A stretch of 63,842 nucleotides of DNA, counting the filler, from Octopus bimaculoides (Eukaryota): NCBI RefSeq assembly GCF_001194135.2. It is 9 parts of 8 records of this genome, joined end to end, with 100 filler letters (N's around TTAATTAATTAA, not from the genome) between each part and the next. Parts side by side here need not be neighbours in the genome. Positions count along the whole stretch, not along the records: positions 58,266 to 61,809 come from NC_068996.1; positions 61,910 to 63,842 come from NC_068989.1; 7 more parts are not named here. One strand, 5' to 3'. Below the pieces are notes generated by a model, which saw only the letters and a program-made list of their open reading frames with translations, did no database searches and was not told where the DNA came from. Below are positions 59,560-63,842 of the stretch, piece after piece (the stretch's first letter is position 1; each line of letters begins with the position of its first letter). Position numbers and translations under genes: made by a program.

Positions 59560-60150
59560 TCACTATGAATAAATAATGACTGAGTGATTGAGCAAGAAAT
59601 TGAATAATGACAGTGAATAGGTGGGAGAAAATGAACAACATCTGAGTGACGCAGTGAGAAATTGAATGATGGCCGAGTGATTGAGATATTCAACGATATC
59701 TGAGTGACAGTGAGAAATGGAATAGTGACTGAGAATGAGAAATTGAAAAATGACGGACTGAATAAGAAATTGAATAGTGACTCAGTGAGTAAGTGAATGT
59801 TTGAAACTGAATAATGACAGTGTGAGAAATTGAATAATAACTTAGTGAGAAATTGAATATTGACTGTGTGTTTGAGTATAAAATATTTAATAACGACTGA
59901 GTAAGAAATTGCATAATGATTGAGTGATTGAGTTTAAGAACTTGAATAGTGACTGAGTGTGAGAAACTAAATGATGACCGAGTGATTGAGTGTGAGAAAT
60001 TGAATAGCAACTGAATTTGAGAAATTGAATAATGACTGATTGAGTGTGAGAAATTGCATAATGTCTGAGTGACTCAGTAAGAAACTGAACAATGACTGGG
60101 TGATTGAGTATGAGATATTGAATAATGACTGAGTATGAGAAATTAAATAT
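59560..60150. repeat. Degenerate minisatellite with a ~25-bp unit GTGAGAAATTGAATAATGACTGAGT
   Basis: Roughly 15-20 visible diverged copies of GAGAAATTGAAT..TGACTGAGT. Confidence 0.85.
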
Positions 60151-61076
60151 CAACAAAGAGATTCAAAGAAAAGATTGAATGTGTGAGTGTATGTGTATGG
60201 AGGTGGGGATAGAAAAACAAAAAGAATGTGAAATGGAATTATTATTGAAGTTATTATTATCATCAGAGAGTGGGAGCATTACACTGCAGGAGTATCATAT
60301 TTGGTTAGTTTCCTATCTCTAAACAGAATTTGAAGCTGACTGTTAGTGAAGCATATTTTTAAAAACAACATTCACTTTAAAGTATGATTTTCATGTTTTT
60401 TTTTTTTTTTTCACTGTGTGGCTGTATGTGCATGTGGCTGTATATGTGTCTGTGTATCTGTGTGTGCATACAGGAATGCCTACATAAATGAGTGAGCTGG
60501 AGGAGTAAGAGCTGTCATAACATTTTCAACTGGATTTACTGATAAAGATAAAGAAAATATTTAAAAGTTTTCCAATATATGGCTTCCTTTATTAATAGCA
60601 GCTTCATTTATTTATTTTTTGGTTCTCTTTCTAAATATTTTCTGTTCCATTAATGTAAAAAGTGTTTGTGTGAGAGCAAAACATCACATCTATATTATGG
60701 TTTCCTATAAGTATTAGAGTTGCTATCTAGGATCTTTAGGTGTAAGAGTAAATATGTGAATATGTATGTGTATGAGAGAGGGAGGGAGAGCAGATTACCA
60801 GATAACCAGACAGAAGTTTTGGAACATTTGTATCTAGTTCATAATACTTCTGTTATGTCAATGGCTAAGACATAACTCTCAGATAGTCTACTTCACCACA
60901 GTATAAATAAATACCTATGAGAATATAAATAATTGCATAAACAGCAATAGTACATTGAGTGGAATATTTCATTAACTTTAATACTCTCTATTGATACCCC
61001 ATCAAAAAGTCAAACAACAGAGTTATGTATGCTGTATGACGGCAAAGACTTCAGTGGTGTATCCGTGGATTTTAAG

Positions 61077-61350
61077 ATGGAAGGCATGTAGCTTAGTGGT
61101 TAGGGTATTCGGCTCCTGATCAGAGGTTCATGAGTTCGATTCCCAGCAGTGTATTGTGTCCTTGAGCAAGACATTTTATTTCATGTTGCTCCAGTCCACT
61201 CAGCTGGCAAAAATGAGTAGTTACTTGTATTTCAAAAGGGCAACATTGTCACATTCTGTATCTTGTTGAATCTCCCTGTGAAATAAATTAACGGTATGCG
61301 TGTCTGTGGAGTGCTGAGCCATTCACACATTAATTTCACGAGTAGGCTGT
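61077..61350 (+). mobile_element. tRNA-headed CORE-like SINE (family C)
   Basis: GTAGCTTAGTGG (A box), GAGTTCGATTCC (B box), CCTTGAGCAAGACA..GCTCCAGTCCACTCAGCTGGCAAAAATGAGTA shared with 14089. Confidence 0.85.
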
Positions 61351-61467
61351 TTTGTTGATCAAATCAACTGGAATCCTTGTTTTAATCAATGAAGTACCAA
61401 ATAAGATGGACTGTTTCTGTATAAGATGTCTGTCTGTCTGTTTGTGCGTGTGTATATATATATATAT

Positions 61468-61809
61468 CATCATCATCATCATCATCGTTTAACATCCGCT
61501 TTCCATGCTAGCATGGGTTGGACAATTTGACTGAGGACTGGTGAAACCGGATGGCAACACCAGGCTCCAATCTAATTTGGCAGTTTCTACAGCTGGATGC
61601 CCTTCCTAACGCCAACCACTCAGAGTGTAGTGGGTGCTTTTACGTGTCACCCGTACGAAGGCCAGTCAGGTAGTACTGGCAACGGCCATGCTCAAAATGG
61701 TGTCTTTTATGTGCCACCTGCACAGGAGCCAGTCCAGGGGCACTGGCAACGATCTCACTTGGCTTGCCGGGTCTTCTCATGCACAGCACATTTCCAAAGG
61801 TCTCTGTCA
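61468..61809 (-). mobile_element. Family D RTE-tailed element
   Basis: (CAT)n then CGTTTAACATCCGCTTTCCATGCTAGCATGGG...GGATGCCCTTCCTAACGCCAACC. Confidence 0.85.
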
Positions 61810-61909
61810 NNNNNNNNNNNNNNNNNNNNNNNNNNNNNNNNNNNNNNNNNNNNTTAATTAATTAANNNNNNNNNNNNNNNNNNNNNNNNNNNNNNNNNNN
61901 NNNNNNNNN

Positions 61910-61953
<44 letters not shown>

Positions 61954-62241
61954 GCACGTATGTATATGTATTTATTATGCATGTATATGCATGTATGTAT
62001 ATGTATGTATTAATTATACATATATACATACGTGCATACTGACATACATACATACACATATACATACATGCACATAAACATACTATTTTCTATGAGCACG
62101 GTATTTTGGGGGTAACAGATTGTCTCCCTATCTGTAGCGAGCATCACTTGGCTTAGAAAAGTTCTGCACATCGCTCTCTCGTTGTGAAAGGAGCAGTGAG
62201 TTGTCATCAGTAAGGCAAGTCCCTTAAATCTGTCAATACAG

Positions 62242-62333
62242 GATATCTAATATAGTCTGGAGGAGCCAGACCGTTGACCGTGAAGTTGTTGACGTTTTCA
62301 GCGTTCAGTCCAGTCGAAGTGTGACTAGTGAAG
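62242..62333 (+). CDS. Candidate 92-nt internal exon
   Basis: CTGTCAATACAG| ... AAG|GTGCGT; open frame ISNIVWRSQTVDREVVDVFSVQSSRSVTSE in non-repetitive sequence. Confidence 0.3.
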
Positions 62334-62617
62334 GTGCGTGGCGGTTCGCTATATCTTAGTCACAGTGTTGTTCCTGTTAATGATAAGAGCGTCTTAGGTT
62401 GCTTCCGTTGATAAAGTAAAAAAGAAAAAAAATTCATATTTCTGTATTTAAAATATGCGAACAGGATGTTAAAATGCCATTGAAACATCGACGTTATGCA
62501 TCCTATTTAGAGCTTGTTAATGATAAGATATACGGTGAAGAAAAAGGAGAAAGAAATTGTGTAGACGCACACATAAATATTCAAAGGTATGTATGTATGT
62601 ATGTATGTATACTTGTG

Positions 62618-62660
<43 letters not shown>

Positions 62661-62801
62661 ATGTATATATATATGTATGTATGTATGTTTATATATATAT
62701 GTATGCATGTTTATATATATATATATGTATGCGTGTTTATATATATATATATATATATATGTATATACATACATACATATGATATATATATATATAAATA
62801 A

Positions 62802-62848
<47 letters not shown>

Positions 62849-62963
62849 TATGTTTGTATATGCGTTTATGTATCTATCACTCTACTATCAAAGGAAATTA
62901 TTCATCTTCCAGTATGGTGTTGATAACTCACTTAATATTTTGTTACTAACTTGGGTGTGTGTA

Positions 62964-63002
<39 letters not shown>

Positions 63003-63265
63003 NNNNNNNNNNNNNNNNNNNNNNNNNNNNNNNNNNNNNNNNNNNNNNNNNNNNNNNNNNNNNNNNNNNNNNNNNNNNNNNNNNNNNNNNNNNNNNNNNN
63101 NNNNNNNNNNNNNNNNNNNNNNNNNNNNNNNNNNNNNNNNNNNNNNNNNNNNNNNNNNNNNNNNNNNNNNNNNNNNNNNNNNNNNNNNNNNNNNNNNNNN
63201 NNNNNNNNNNNNNNNNNNNNNNNNNNNNNNNNNNNNNNNNNNNNNNNNNNNNNNNNNNNNNNNNN

Positions 63266-63302
<37 letters not shown>

Positions 63303-63305
<3 letters not shown>

Positions 63306-63540
63306 GACAGGCTTCTTTCTGTCTAACAAATCCTCTGACAAGGTTTTGATTGACCCAAGGCTATAGTAGAAGGCACTTGCCCAAGGTGCCATGCAGTGGG
63401 ACTGAACCCGGAACCATGTGGTTGAAAAACAAGCTTCTTACCACATAGCCACGCCTATATGTATATATATGTTTTTTCTTTTATTCTTTTATTCTTTTAA
63501 GTGTTTCAGCTTTAAAGCCGCGGTCATGCTGGGGCACCAG
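63303..63540 (-). mobile_element. SINE family A head plus a tail fragment
   Basis: CAAGGTGCCATGCAGTGGGACTGAACCCGGAACCATGTGG...CCACATAGCCAC; GCCGCGGTCATGCTGGGGCAC. Confidence 0.85.
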
Positions 63541-63805
63541 CATATGCATATATGTACTATGTGTGTGTCTGTGTGTGTCTGTGTGTGCTTGTGTATGTGT
63601 GTATTCACTGTTAATTTGTCATTTGCTTTTAGCTTAGATCCTTTCTCTCCCATATCCATGATGAACCATTTTCAGTTGTCCTTTCTAAGCTTAGTGCCGA
63701 CTAGGTAGAACATAATGGATCGAATTACAAGTCCACATCACCCAATCTCTACAGAAAGCGCCATAGATATGTATGTGTGTATGTATGCATGTATACATAT
63801 ATATA

Positions 63806-63842
<37 letters not shown>

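Overview
This is AT-rich, repeat-dense animal DNA, most likely an octopus-type cephalopod (inferred from the SINE families and extreme microsatellite density, not from a database). It is not contiguous: eight identical 100-bp spacers (44 N + TTAATTAATTAA + 44 N, a six-frame stop linker) join nine separate scaffolds, so nothing should be linked across them. No complete gene is present and almost all supplied ORFs are microsatellite or gap artefacts. Supported content is mostly transposon fossils: hAT/Buster, mariner, pogo/Tigger and piggyBac transposase remnants, R4/Dong and Penelope-like retroelement fragments, a probable LTR, several MITEs and many copies of about four SINE-like families, often nested. 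A few orphan exon candidates occur; the best are 29794-29944 (two exons, 70-nt intron), 45617-45739 and 31025-31174. The most interesting signals are four decayed type I hammerhead-ribozyme-like motifs, an alternating A/B ~60-bp hairpin-module array in an RTE-tailed element, and back-to-back tRNA-like heads with a shared leader. I found no convincing new multi-gene system. Repeat boundaries are approximate and all alignments were done by eye.
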